In this document: positions 34,008 to 44,353 of the stretch, piece after piece | Numbering within the stretch: the stretch's first letter is position 1 | How the letters are laid out: each line of letters opens with the position of its first letter | Source of the DNA: a bacterium | GTDB lineage: Bacteria > Chlamydiota > Chlamydiia > Chlamydiales > SM23-39 | Length of the DNA stretch: 64,000 nt | Direction of reading: 5' to 3' | NCBI GenBank assembly: GCA_021811265.1 | Contig: JAJZPH010000001.1 | Span: 16,779 to 80,778, forward strand | Notes under the pieces: generated by a model | Seen by the model: only the letters and a program-made list of their open reading frames with translations | The model's database searches: none | What the model was told of the DNA's origin: nothing | Position numbers and translations under genes: made by a program

Positions 34008-34565
34008 TTAAAACAAAAATCCGTAAGAAACGGTCACAATGGGAAAGAAACTGACGTCTTTTCTTTCAAAATGGTGTTTACCACCGAAACAGAGTTCTTT
34101 GTGATCGTGTTTCCAGGTAAAAGAGGGGAAGTTAATTTCTGCTTGGCAGAATCTCTTTTCTCCAGATTTGTTCATCCATTGTCTTCCGACCACAAGTTCA
34201 GGAGAGGCGAAAACCCCTGCTAAGCCATGGTGAAAAACGGTACCTGCTGCAGCTCCTAAATCAACATAGGTTTGTCCTTGGGGATTTGGGTGCACGATAA
34301 ATGAATAGAGCAGATTCCATCTGAGTCCAGTGACTTTACCAATGGTTGCTACCTGAGCTGAGGTGTCAAATCCATGGTGGTTCCAGCTGGCACGATATCC
34401 AACTCCAAAAACGGGAAGAAGAATAGGAAGAGGTCCCACGCCGATGCTTGTATAGACATTCGAGGATCTTACGCAATTTTTTTCTGTTTGAGAAACAGTT
34501 GCAACTTCTTCTGCACTCAGTACGAAAGAGGTGAGAAGTCCAAAAATCATTAACAATCGTTTCAT
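34008..34565 (-). CDS. small outer-membrane beta-barrel protein (OmpX/OmpW-size)
   Basis: Signal peptide MKRLLMIFGLLTSFVLSA, alternating pattern, C-terminal ...SYGFLF. AGGAG RBS. Confidence 0.6.
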   Translation of the reverse strand: MKRLLMIFGLLTSFVLSAEEVATVSQTEKNCVRSSNVYTSIGVGPLPILLPVFGVGYRASWNHHGFDTSAQVATIGKVTGLRWNLLYSFIVHPNPQGQTYVDLGAAAGTVFHHGLAGVFASPELVVGRQWMNKSGEKRFCQAEINFPSFTWKHDHKELCFGGKHHFERKDVSFFPIVTVSYGFLF

Positions 34566-34794
34566 TTTTTTTCTCCTGTTGAATTGTGAAACGAGTTTTT
34601 GATTATTTAATATTGTGGAATTCTTGTTAATTAAATTAATTTTTTGAATTTTTTTATTTTAGAAAAATGGGCTTGTTTTCGCAGGAAGATCAATCTTCTC
34701 TTTTCTATGGAAAAAAAATGAAAAGCGCGCAGATTGTGTTTCTAGTTTCTCTGATATACAATCAAAAAAGTTGCCAACACTGGAAGTACATTTT

Positions 34795-36126
34795 ATGGAG
34801 AAAAAGAGCTTTTTGGGTTTTTCTTTCTATGTATCCCTTGTGGCTTCTTTGGGAGGATTTTTATTTGGATATCATAGTGGTGTTGTTGCGGGCGCACTTG
34901 TATTTGTGACGAAAGAATTTCACCTCTCTTCCTGGCAGGGCGGTTCTTGGGTCAGTCTTCTCATCATAGGCGCTCTTATAGGCGCCCTTTCTGGCGGATG
35001 TCTCGCAGATCGTTTAGGAAGAAAAAAGACTCTGTTTCTTTCTGCATTCTTTTTTGTTGTCGGTAGTTTTGTCCAAATGGAGGCGGCAACTTTTTTTCAT
35101 CTGATGCTCGGGAGGGGGATTGCGGGAATTGGAGTTGGGATCGTGTCGGTTGTTTCTCCTCTATACATTGCTGAAATGTCCAGAAAAGATGAGCGCGGGG
35201 TGATGGTGGCTATCAATCAACTCATGATCTCCGCGGGGATCCTTTCGGCCTACATTGCTGGCTATCTACTTGCAACTGCTGCTGGATGGAGAGAGATGAT
35301 GGGCTACGGAATCGTTTTTTCTCTTTTCTTTTTTTTCTTGCTCTGTTTTATTCCCGAAACTCCCAGCTTTTTGGCAGCACTGGGCAGGAAACACGAGGCA
35401 AAAATCATTGTGCAAAAGATCGAAGAAAAAGAGGAAGAGATCTTTTCAGAAACTTTGCGCAAGTCGCCAGAAGAGACCTTCTGGAAACACCTTTGCGAAC
35501 CCAACATACGATCTGCACTTTTTGTGGGAATCATGATTAGCCTTTTTCAACAAATTACAGGTATTAACTTGATTGTCTATTATGCACCAAGAATTTTTGA
35601 AATGGTGGGCTTTGGAGCGGACACTTTCACCTTTTTGGGTGCTGTGGGTATTGGGCTTGTCAATTTCTTGGCAACGATCCTTTCTCTTGCTCTTATCGCA
35701 AGGTGTGGAAGAAGGGTGCTTCTTTTAGTGGGGGTTGGCGGCATGGCGGTTTCGCTTTTTTTCATCAGCCTTGGTCTTTTGGCTACATCAGAGCTGCTCT
35801 TGCAGCTTACTTTTTTTAGTCTTTTTTCCTTCGTTGCGTTTTTTGCAATTAGTTTAGGGCCTATTGTCTGGATTGTGCTTGCAGAGATTTTTCCCATCGG
35901 CATTCGCGGAAGAGCGATGGGAATGGCTCTTGTCGTCAACTGGCTTTCCAACTATTGCGTCTCCCTCTCTTTTTTGCCCTTGATAGAACTTCTAGGCAAA
36001 GGAGGAACATTTCTGATCTATGTTTGTATTTCTTTTGCTGCTTTTTGGTTGATTTTTTGGAAAGTTCCCGAGACGAAAGGGAAGAGTTTTGAAGAAATCC
36101 AGAAATTTTGGAGGAAAAAAAAATAG
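34795..36126 (+). CDS. MFS sugar-porter-family transporter
   Basis: GRKKT loop, PLYIAEMSxxxxRG, PETPSFL and PETKGKSFEEI signatures of the sugar porter family. Confidence 0.85.
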   Translation: MEKKSFLGFSFYVSLVASLGGFLFGYHSGVVAGALVFVTKEFHLSSWQGGSWVSLLIIGALIGALSGGCLADRLGRKKTLFLSAFFFVVGSFVQMEAATFFHLMLGRGIAGIGVGIVSVVSPLYIAEMSRKDERGVMVAINQLMISAGILSAYIAGYLLATAAGWREMMGYGIVFSLFFFFLLCFIPETPSFLAALGRKHEAKIIVQKIEEKEEEIFSETLRKSPEETFWKHLCEPNIRSALFVGIMISLFQQITGINLIVYYAPRIFEMVGFGADTFTFLGAVGIGLVNFLATILSLALIARCGRRVLLLVGVGGMAVSLFFISLGLLATSELLLQLTFFSLFSFVAFFAISLGPIVWIVLAEIFPIGIRGRAMGMALVVNWLSNYCVSLSFLPLIELLGKGGTFLIYVCISFAAFWLIFWKVPETKGKSFEEIQKFWRKKK

Positions 36127-36175
36127 GTCTTAGACATAGTGAAGAAGGAACCTTGAGTCAAACCATGAGGTAGTT

Positions 36176-37234
36176 ATGTCATCGCTTACAAAAATCGCAG
36201 TACTTTTAGCAGACGAAGCTGAAAATCTTCTCCAACACAAATGCAAAACCATTTTAAAAGAACATCTCCATCTGCCAGGGCCCGATTTTGTCGACCGTAT
36301 TTTCGCACCCTCCGATCGCAATATTCGCGTGTTGAAAAATTTGAGCGCTCTGTTTACACATGGCAGACTGGCTCATACGGGTTATCTCTCTATTCTTCCC
36401 GTCGATCAGGGTATCGAACATTCTGCCGGTGCTTCTTTTGCCCCTAATCCTGAGTTTTTCGACCCTGAGAACATCGTTCGCTTGGCGATCGAAGGCGGTT
36501 GCAATGCTGTGGCTTCCACTTCCGGAGTACTTGGCTCTGTCGCTCGTAAATATGCGCACAAGATTCCCTTCATATTGAAATTCAACCACAACGAGCTTCT
36601 TTCCTATCCCAACAGCTATGATCAGGTGGTTTTTGCTTCTATGAAAACGGCCTTTGACATGGGATGCGTGGGAGTAGGAGCGACTATTTACTTTGGATCT
36701 GCTGAAAGCAGGCGCCAGATCATAGAAGTTGCTAAAGCTTTTGAAATGGCCCATGAGTTGGGAATGTGCACTATCCTCTGGTGTTATTTGAGAAACAGTG
36801 CCTTTAAAGTCGAAGGAGTAGACTATCATGAATCTGCCGACTTGACCGGCCAGGCAAATCACCTGGGTGCCACGATCCAAGCAGACATTATCAAGCAAAA
36901 ACTTCCTACCGTAAATGGAGGTTTTAAAGCGATTAAGTTTGGCAAGAGCAGCGAAGCGATGTACACAAAGCTCTGTTCCGATCATCCCATCGACCTTACG
37001 CGCTATCAAGTACTCAACAACTACATGGGAAGAATCGGCCTGATTAACTCTGGAGGTGCTTCGGGTAAAAATGATCTGGCCGAAGCCGCAGCTACTGCAG
37101 TGATCAATAAAAGGGCAGGGGGCATGGGATTGATCTCGGGAAGAAAAGCGTTTCAAAAACCTTTTAAGGAAGGTGTCGAGCTTCTCCACCTCATCCAAGA
37201 TGTCTATCTCTCCAAAGAAATCACCCTAGCTTAA
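36176..37234 (+). CDS. fbaB: class I fructose-bisphosphate aldolase (DhnA/FbaB type)
   Basis: Near-colinear with E. coli FbaB as I remember it ([57 protein letters not shown]). Confidence 0.93.
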   Translation: MSSLTKIAVLLADEAENLLQHKCKTILKEHLHLPGPDFVDRIFAPSDRNIRVLKNLSALFTHGRLAHTGYLSILPVDQGIEHSAGASFAPNPEFFDPENIVRLAIEGGCNAVASTSGVLGSVARKYAHKIPFILKFNHNELLSYPNSYDQVVFASMKTAFDMGCVGVGATIYFGSAESRRQIIEVAKAFEMAHELGMCTILWCYLRNSAFKVEGVDYHESADLTGQANHLGATIQADIIKQKLPTVNGGFKAIKFGKSSEAMYTKLCSDHPIDLTRYQVLNNYMGRIGLINSGGASGKNDLAEAAATAVINKRAGGMGLISGRKAFQKPFKEGVELLHLIQDVYLSKEITLA

Positions 37235-37245
37235 AGAGGGTTTGT

Positions 37246-38838
37246 GTGGAGTCTTTTCTCTCCTTGAGCCCCTTTGAGGTGAAAAACATTCTTTATGCTC
37301 TGGCCGAAGAGTGTTGTAGAAAAGAAAAAAGTTGTGGCAAAGAGCACCTTCTTTTAGATGTAGGAAGAGGAAATCCAAATTTTCTCAATACCACCGTACG
37401 CGATGGTTTTGATCTTTTGAGTCTTTTTTCTACCTCTGTGACAACGGGCGAGATGCATGGTTTGGCTTTCTATCCACACAAGGAGAAAATTCAAGAGAAG
37501 TGGCACTCCTTTCTCCAAGAAAGGAAACACGAAAAATGTGCTGATTTTCTAAAACAGGCCATTTCTTTTGCCTGCAAGAGATTTTCTTTCAACAAAGAGG
37601 ATCTTCTCTTTGCCCTGTGCGAGGCGGCACTTGGGGCAACATATCCCACTCCTCCGCGCATTCTTCCTTTCGTAGAAAAGATAGTAAAAGCCTATCTGGA
37701 CAAGGTGCTTTGTCTCAGTGAAAAAGCCATTTCTGATCGCTATCTGCTCTTTGCAACAGAGGGGGCTACCGCCGCCATGATTTATGTTTTCTTTTCTCTG
37801 AAGATGAACATGCTTCTTCGCGAAGGAGATGCAATTGCCATTATTACTCCTATTTTTTCTCCCTATTTGGAAATACCCCTTTTGCAGGAGTATCAATTCC
37901 GAGAGATTTTTATCCAAACAACGGAAAAGAATGAATGGCAGATTCCACAGAGCGAAATAGAAAAATTAAAAGATCCAAAAATCAAAGCGCTCTTTTTCGT
38001 CGATCCTACCAATCCGACCGCAACGTCTCTGGAAGGAGCCTCTTTTGATCGTTTGGTGGAGCTTGTCAGAAACCAAAGAAAAGATCTCATTATTTTGACC
38101 GATACAGTATATGCTCCCTTTGTGCCTCACTTTCGCTCTCTTGTGGATGAAATTCCAGAAAACATGGTCTGCATCTACTCTTTTTCGAAATATTTTGGAG
38201 TCACGGGCTGGCGCCTTGGCGTGGTGATGCTTCATGAGAAGAATGTGCTGGACCGATTGATCGAAGCACATGCGCCAGCGGTTAAGCAGAAGCTTTTTGA
38301 GCGATACCATACCCTTACCCTAGATCCTAATCGCTTTCCTTTCATTGAACGAATGGTTGCGGACAGTCGCGAAGAAGCTCTTGCTCATACAAGTGGTCTT
38401 TCCACCCCGCAGCAATGTTTCATGGCACTCCTCTCTCTTTTTGACTTGATGGATGAAAATGACAGCTATAAAAAAGCAGTAAAATCTCTTTTAAAAAGAC
38501 GCATGGAAAAACTTTATAGTAGTTTGCAGCTCACGCTTCCCAATGAAGAGAGAAATACCTATTACTATGCGATGATCGATCTTGTCTCGATTGCGCGCAC
38601 ACGATATGGAGATCCTTTTGCCCAATATCTTGCCTCCAAGCAGGTGATGAGCTTTTTTTTTGCGCTTGCAGAAAAAAAGGCTACGATCTGCTTGCCCGGC
38701 TTTGGATTTGGTGGGTCGCTTTGGTCTTTGCGCATTTCTCTTGCCAATTGCAATGAGGAGGATTACTCCGAAGTAGGCAAGAATATTTTGCAAATCTTGG
38801 AAAATTTCTACCACGAGTGGACGGAACTCTTTTCGTGA
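37246..38838 (+). CDS. class I/II aminotransferase of the aspartate 4-decarboxylase (AsdA) type
   Basis: LSPFEVKN...GRGNPNFLNT N-terminus, SFSKYFGVTGWRLG PLP-lysine motif, ~530 aa. GTG start with AGAGGG upstream. Confidence 0.7.
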   Translation: MESFLSLSPFEVKNILYALAEECCRKEKSCGKEHLLLDVGRGNPNFLNTTVRDGFDLLSLFSTSVTTGEMHGLAFYPHKEKIQEKWHSFLQERKHEKCADFLKQAISFACKRFSFNKEDLLFALCEAALGATYPTPPRILPFVEKIVKAYLDKVLCLSEKAISDRYLLFATEGATAAMIYVFFSLKMNMLLREGDAIAIITPIFSPYLEIPLLQEYQFREIFIQTTEKNEWQIPQSEIEKLKDPKIKALFFVDPTNPTATSLEGASFDRLVELVRNQRKDLIILTDTVYAPFVPHFRSLVDEIPENMVCIYSFSKYFGVTGWRLGVVMLHEKNVLDRLIEAHAPAVKQKLFERYHTLTLDPNRFPFIERMVADSREEALAHTSGLSTPQQCFMALLSLFDLMDENDSYKKAVKSLLKRRMEKLYSSLQLTLPNEERNTYYYAMIDLVSIARTRYGDPFAQYLASKQVMSFFFALAEKKATICLPGFGFGGSLWSLRISLANCNEEDYSEVGKNILQILENFYHEWTELFS

Positions 38839-38848
38839 GGATACTCTT

Positions 38849-40306
38849 TCACTGGAAAAGATCGAATAGGTCTCTAGGGGATTTTTTTGAAGAAGAGCTT
38901 TTTTTCACTTTTCCTTCCCAGGGAAAAGGACGTTTGGGCGGAGGAATGTTGTCTTCTTTGATGATGCCGCCGAGCAGCTTATTGATGAGCCCTGCATTGG
39001 TAGCCTTCATGGCCATGAGTTTTGCAATTTTTGCAGTGGCAACGCCTTGATCGATCTTCACCTGGTCGATCGTTCCTTTAACGGGAATGGTCATCACATA
39101 ATCGTCGGGTAGATTGGCGAAATGAAAAGTCTCTCTAAGTGCATCTGCCGTCAGGCCGAGGGTCATGTCGACCTCTTTTGTGATGAGATCTACATTGCCC
39201 CAACAACAGATGTGGATCGAATGATCTAAAAGAGCATCCATGCGGTCGGTATAGAGAGCGCCTTCATAAAGAGAAAGAGAGACAGGAGTTGCCCAAACAT
39301 CCATCTCTTCTATATGAGAAGGTAGATGGAGCTTCATGATGCCCATAATCAGCGCAAGACCGGCTGCATTTTTGGCCTTGATCTGTCCCAGATCGAGAAT
39401 TGCTTTTTGTATTTTGACCTCTTTGAGAGAAAAAGGATGGATGGGACACACAAAACCCTCTTTCAATAGAATCAGATGGATGGGCTTTTGAGAGGACTCG
39501 GCTGAGATAAAGAGGGGAGACATCTCTTTGAGAAAATATTTGCTGAAGGTTTCTGTGAGAAAGATATCTGCCTGCATGTCCTTTTGCAGCGTGATCAGGT
39601 TTTTTTCTAATACAGCTTCCATTTTGACTGAGGCCAGAGGCGAAGAAAGGGTCAGAGAGCAAATGTGTTGCTCATTTTCGATGTTGCAAGAACCTTCCAA
39701 CTCCATCTGGTTGCCCAAGAGAGCCGAGAAAAAGCCCTCAGAGAGTTTGGTAAAAGGAGTTAAGACCTTATCGAGGATCAGCGTAGGAAAGGAATGCAGA
39801 GAAAGCTGTAAGGTGCCTTTGGAAAAACCCAAATTTTCTTCTTGGATCCTTACAAAGATTTTTCCTCCCTCGCTGCTTTTCCCATCCATTTCGAGATGAA
39901 GGGGAAAACGCTCATCCTGCACAGATGTCATATTGATGTTAGAAAAATGACTTTCAGGAGAGAGGGTGGTGATAGAAGCGTTTTGGATCGAAGTGGCAGC
40001 TATCAGCGAAGCAAAATTTTTTTTAGTCAGAGAGGAGAGGGTAAAGAGTTTCCAAAAGGGAAGCTTTGCAGAAAGCTCTTCGATGAAAAGGGTACAATTG
40101 GGGCTTGTAACTGTAATGTTGTGTAGACGTTGCGGACCGAGCCAAGAAAAATGGAGCTTTTCTGCTTCTGCTTTTTGGTGGAGTTTTTTTGAGACGAAAA
40201 AAAGAATGAGCTGTTTTCCCGAAGCTGAAGAGCCGAGCATGGGCAGGCTTAAGATCGTACCCACGAGAAGGACGATGAGAAATAGAGGCAAAAAACTCTT
40301 TTTCAT
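38849..40306 (-). CDS. membrane-anchored hypothetical protein (possibly AsmA-like)
   Basis: N-terminal TM helix and a long beta-rich body. The ATG overlaps the nudix stop (ATGA). Family assignment is weak. Confidence 0.45.
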   Translation of the reverse strand: MKKSFLPLFLIVLLVGTILSLPMLGSSASGKQLILFFVSKKLHQKAEAEKLHFSWLGPQRLHNITVTSPNCTLFIEELSAKLPFWKLFTLSSLTKKNFASLIAATSIQNASITTLSPESHFSNINMTSVQDERFPLHLEMDGKSSEGGKIFVRIQEENLGFSKGTLQLSLHSFPTLILDKVLTPFTKLSEGFFSALLGNQMELEGSCNIENEQHICSLTLSSPLASVKMEAVLEKNLITLQKDMQADIFLTETFSKYFLKEMSPLFISAESSQKPIHLILLKEGFVCPIHPFSLKEVKIQKAILDLGQIKAKNAAGLALIMGIMKLHLPSHIEEMDVWATPVSLSLYEGALYTDRMDALLDHSIHICCWGNVDLITKEVDMTLGLTADALRETFHFANLPDDYVMTIPVKGTIDQVKIDQGVATAKIAKLMAMKATNAGLINKLLGGIIKEDNIPPPKRPFPWEGKVKKSSSSKKSPRDLFDLFQ

Positions 40307-40899
40307 AAGCAGCTTTGTTGAGGTGAATGGGAACTTTTCCATTGCATATAAAGAAAAACAGCAGCAACGGTTTTTAAATCTCGTATCTGGTTTTTCTCTA
40401 GATGGTCATAAAATTCTTGTAGAGAAAGGGGAGATAGATCAATGGCCTCATCCAGATCGCAGGGAAGAGGGCTTGTTTCTAGATCGAGCGCTAAAAAAAT
40501 GTGCAAATGTTCCGTGCAAAAGCCAGGAGAAGGATAAAAGCTTCCCAGCGAAATGAGGGTTGCTGGTTTGAAGCCCGTTTCTTCTTGCAACTCTCTAATA
40601 GCGCAATCTTTGGGGTTTTCTCCCTTTTCTAATATTCCTGCAGGAATCTCTAAGAGAATCTCATCGGGAGCCTTGCGATACTGTTTGATGAAAAGAAATT
40701 TTCCATCATTTCTGAGCGCGATTATACCAACGCTTCCCTGATGTTCTACATATTCACGAAAGGTAGGAGTGGTGTTTTTGAAGAAAAAAGTCTCTTTGCG
40801 TAAATTGATGACTTTCCCGCGATACATATACTCGCTTTTTTTGAGTGCCTTTTTTTCTACTGTTTTCTGCTGTTCTGCGAGCGAGGGTTTCTTTTCCAT
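40303..40899 (-). CDS. NUDIX hydrolase (ADP-ribose pyrophosphatase-like)
   Basis: Nudix box GILEKGENPKDCAIRELQEETGF. Confidence 0.85.
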   Translation of the reverse strand: MEKKPSLAEQQKTVEKKALKKSEYMYRGKVINLRKETFFFKNTTPTFREYVEHQGSVGIIALRNDGKFLFIKQYRKAPDEILLEIPAGILEKGENPKDCAIRELQEETGFKPATLISLGSFYPSPGFCTEHLHIFLALDLETSPLPCDLDEAIDLSPLSLQEFYDHLEKNQIRDLKTVAAVFLYMQWKSSHSPQQSCL

Positions 40900-40901
40900 T
40901 T

Positions 40902-42734
40902 CTATTCAACCGTTACGGATTTGGCAAGATTGCGTGGTTTGTCAATATCTGTACCTATCACTTTTGCAATAAAATAGGCAAAAAGTTGTCCTGCAACCGT
41001 GGAAATGAGAGGAGAGAGTAGATCAGGACAAGAAGGAAGAAAGAAAAGATCATCTGCAATAGAGGACAGCCCCTTCGCACCTTGTGATGCAAAGGCTAAA
41101 ATGGGAGCTCCCCTTGCTTTTACTTCCATGATATTGCTGATCATCTTTTCATAGGTTTGTTCATTTTGACAAAACGCAATGACGGGAAGGGTTGGAGAAA
41201 TGAGAGCAATAGGACCATGCTTCATTTCGCCAGCGGGATAGGCACATGCGTTGAGATAGGAAATTTCTTTCAGTTTCAGAGCAGCTTCCTGGCAGATGGG
41301 AAACATCATCCTGCGACCGAGAAAGAAAAAATTCTGAAAATGACTATATTTTTTAGCGAGAAGTTCAATTTCAGAGGAGCGCTTGAGCACTTCATCGATT
41401 TTTTGCGGAATCTTTTTCAGCTCGCTGACAAAAACCTCTCCCTCTTCTTCTGACATCTTGCGACTGCGCGCTAGGAAAAGAGCTATGAGGGAAAGTAGGG
41501 TAAGCTGGGAGGTAAAAGCCTTTGTAGAACAGACGCTAAACTCTGGGCCTGCGTGTAAATAGATGCAGCCATCTACCTCGCGTGTTAAGGAAGAGTTTTT
41601 CACGTTGCAGATGCCAACGACTTTGATTCCTCTTTCTCTGATTTTTCTAACTGCACCCAATGTATCGGCGGTTTCGCCCGACTGGCTGATTGCAATAGCC
41701 AGTGTGTTGCTGGAAAGCAAAGGAGGTTTGTAACGGAACTCAGAAGCAATTTCGCAAGATGCGGGTATTTTCGCCATCTCCTCGAAAAGGGAAACTGCGA
41801 TCGACCCGGCGTGCCAGGAAGTACCGCAGCCAACGATGAGAACTCGATCAATTTTTTTCAGCTCCCTAGAGGAAAAGGGAAGCTGGGGAAAATGCGCATC
41901 GGTGCCATTTTCTGCAAGGTTTTCTACCAAAACTTTCTGAACAGTGAAGGGCTGTTCACAAATTTCTTTGAGCAAGTAATGTTCAAACCCCTCCTTGGAA
42001 AAGGAGATAGATTCTGCTTGGATTTTTTCCGTTTTTTTCTCGATTTTTTTCTTGCGCTTGTCATAGATCTCAATGGAATCTCTTCCCACAAGGGCAATCT
42101 CATCATCTTTTAAGTAAAAGACATTGAGATTGTGACCTAAAAATGCGTTGGGGTCCGAAGAGATGATTGTTTCTGAAAGATCATTGCTAAAACCAATGGC
42201 AAGAGGATTGTCGCGCGATGTGGCAACAATCGTGTCGGGATGGTTTTTATGAATCAGTGCAATGGCAAAGCTTCCCTTGAGCTCAGAAAGTGTGGTGTGA
42301 ACAGAGGAGAGTAAGTCCCCCTTATAGTGATCTGCGATCAGTTGAGCAATCACCTCGGTATCGGTTTCAGACGCAAAAGCAACACCTTTTTTCTCCAGCT
42401 TGGATCGCAAAGAAGCGAAGTTTTCGATGATTCCGTTGTGGATGAGGGCAATGCATGATTGGGCATCCGAATGGGGATGGGCATTTTTTTTGCAGGGCTT
42501 TCCATGGGTTGCCCACCGGGTGTGTGCGATTGCAAGGTCCAATTGTAGATCCAGTTGGTTTACCTGCTCTTCAAGTATAGAAACTTTTCCCACCTCTTTG
42601 ATGGTGATGAGCTCTCCCTTTTGGAGAGCCGCAATGCCGGCAGAATCATATCCGCGATACTCTAAAAGTTTTAACCCTTGCATGCAGACTTTTAAAGGAT
42701 CTTTTTTCCCGATGTAACCAAAAATTCCGCACAT
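40902..42734 (-). CDS. glmS: glutamine--fructose-6-phosphate aminotransferase
   Basis: MCGIFGYIG N-terminal nucleophile, two SIS domains, C-terminal ...LAKSVTVE. I prefer the ATG at 42734. Confidence 0.97.
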   Translation of the reverse strand: MCGIFGYIGKKDPLKVCMQGLKLLEYRGYDSAGIAALQKGELITIKEVGKVSILEEQVNQLDLQLDLAIAHTRWATHGKPCKKNAHPHSDAQSCIALIHNGIIENFASLRSKLEKKGVAFASETDTEVIAQLIADHYKGDLLSSVHTTLSELKGSFAIALIHKNHPDTIVATSRDNPLAIGFSNDLSETIISSDPNAFLGHNLNVFYLKDDEIALVGRDSIEIYDKRKKKIEKKTEKIQAESISFSKEGFEHYLLKEICEQPFTVQKVLVENLAENGTDAHFPQLPFSSRELKKIDRVLIVGCGTSWHAGSIAVSLFEEMAKIPASCEIASEFRYKPPLLSSNTLAIAISQSGETADTLGAVRKIRERGIKVVGICNVKNSSLTREVDGCIYLHAGPEFSVCSTKAFTSQLTLLSLIALFLARSRKMSEEEGEVFVSELKKIPQKIDEVLKRSSEIELLAKKYSHFQNFFFLGRRMMFPICQEAALKLKEISYLNACAYPAGEMKHGPIALISPTLPVIAFCQNEQTYEKMISNIMEVKARGAPILAFASQGAKGLSSIADDLFFLPSCPDLLSPLISTVAGQLFAYFIAKVIGTDIDKPRNLAKSVTVE

Positions 42735-42844
42735 GCTCGCTTCTTCCTTTTTGAGCATGTTAGCAAAACTGCTCAAAAGATATCAGAAAAAAATTGCAGG
42801 AGCAGATAGGCTGTTAAAAAATAAATTTAACATTTGCCGCTCCC

Positions 42845-44245
42845 TTATTCTTCTTTAAAAATGTGCCAAGAGGGCTTTCTCATTCCATGAATAATAATGG
42901 GAATGAGGCAAAAGAGCAGAATGCCAATGATTAAGAAAAGTGCAAAAAACAATCGGTGGCTTGCTTCTACGTCATGAGAGGGGATAAACCCGCATCCAAT
43001 AGCAAGAATGGAACCTAGAATTCCTATAGAGGAAACAACCCAAACACCCTTGTTTCCCAAGGGAATTTGAAACGGCCTTGCTACTTTAGGTTGTTTGTAG
43101 CGCAAAACAAGCAGAGAGAGAAAGAGTAAAATGTACATGATCAAATAGAGCTGGGCGGACAAGTAAAAGAGGAGGCGGTAGGTGGAGCTTACGCTGGGCA
43201 TGAGAAAGAAGGTAAAAGATAAAAAAGTAACTACGATTGCCTGGATCAAGAGAATAGAAACAGGCATTCCTTTTTTATTGGTCCTTTGTAAAAAGGGTGG
43301 AAGTTCGCCATGTCGTGCAGTTGCAAGCAGTCCTTTGGTGGGACCCACCGTCCAGGTGCTAATCAGTCCAATGGAGCCCAAAACGATCAAGAAGGCGACA
43401 AAAGGCAGCATCCAGGAGAATCCATAGGAGTTAAAGTAGAGGCGAAAGGCTTCGATGGTTCCCGAGGCAAGTTCTACCTTTGGTACAATGATGGCAATGG
43501 AAAGTGAAGCTAAAGAGACCAGGCTGAAAATGATCAGGGAAGAGAAAAGAATGGCTTTGGGGTAGTCTTTTTGTGGGTTTTCGACTTCTTTTGCATGAAC
43601 GCCAGACATTTCAAGGCCGGCAAGTGAAAGAAAAACTGCGACAAGCAGTGAGATGTGATCATAGGTAGCAAAAGAGGGAAAGAGGTTGGCGATAGAAAAA
43701 GAGATCTGCAATGGTTGTGCGGAAAGGACCCAGCCGAAGCCCATGGCAATCAAAAAAAATCCTGGAAGAAGAGTTCCTATAAGGACGCAGAGAGTGCTAA
43801 TCCATGCAGAAATCTTCATGCCCAAACTATTCAAAAAGGTGATGAGCCAAAATGTTACAAGGACAACGGCCATAATGTAGAGTTTGTTTGCCGCCAAGGA
43901 AGGGTTAAAAATGTAAGCAAAGGTACTGGCAACAAAAGCAAGAAGAGTTGGATACCAGATCACATTTTCCACCCACTGCAGCCAGATCGCAACGAACCCT
44001 GCCTTTTCTCCAAGGGCTTCTCGCACCCAAATGTATACGCCCCCACGCTCGGGCCAAGCAGCAGCAAGCTCTGCAGCAGCAAGTCCTACGGGAATGAAGA
44101 AAATCAGCGATGCAAGTGCATAATAGAAAAGGGAGGAAAAACCTTCTTTAGCGGTAAAGGTCAAATTTGCGATATTGCAAATCGCAGCGACGTTGATCAT
44201 GCAGAGCACAAAAACGCTCAGAAAACGGCTTTTGGTTAGCGCCAT
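42845..44245 (-). CDS. APC-superfamily amino acid permease/antiporter
   Basis: 12-TM profile. GGVYIWVREALG resembles the APC (GadC/PotE-like) N-terminal motif. Confidence 0.8.
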   Translation of the reverse strand: MALTKSRFLSVFVLCMINVAAICNIANLTFTAKEGFSSLFYYALASLIFFIPVGLAAAELAAAWPERGGVYIWVREALGEKAGFVAIWLQWVENVIWYPTLLAFVASTFAYIFNPSLAANKLYIMAVVLVTFWLITFLNSLGMKISAWISTLCVLIGTLLPGFFLIAMGFGWVLSAQPLQISFSIANLFPSFATYDHISLLVAVFLSLAGLEMSGVHAKEVENPQKDYPKAILFSSLIIFSLVSLASLSIAIIVPKVELASGTIEAFRLYFNSYGFSWMLPFVAFLIVLGSIGLISTWTVGPTKGLLATARHGELPPFLQRTNKKGMPVSILLIQAIVVTFLSFTFFLMPSVSSTYRLLFYLSAQLYLIMYILLFLSLLVLRYKQPKVARPFQIPLGNKGVWVVSSIGILGSILAIGCGFIPSHDVEASHRLFFALFLIIGILLFCLIPIIIHGMRKPSWHIFKEE

Positions 44246-44353
44246 AGCAACCCTGTGCGCCCAATGGGCGACTCAATATTTCTTAAGCTCTTTAGTATTT
44301 CATGACAGACATAAAAATCAAAGGCTAGATTTCTCGCAAGGAAGAGAGTTATT

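Noticed and set aside
36254-37198. 314-aa ORF antisense to fbaB.
   Set aside because: It lies completely inside fbaB, whose translation is near-colinear with E. coli FbaB. The antisense product has no motif or RBS. Long antisense ORFs are common opposite conserved genes.
42751-42776. Hairpin ttgagca-N12-tgctcaa in the glmS 5' leader, considered as a riboswitch or ribozyme.
   Set aside because: It is far too small and lacks the conserved cores of the glmS ribozyme, which is a Gram-positive feature anyway. It may be a minor leader structure, but I cannot support a function.
43655-44239. 194-aa ORF antisense to the APC permease gene.
   Set aside because: It lies opposite a clear 12-TM transporter gene and gives a basic, low-complexity product. 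Rejected as coding.
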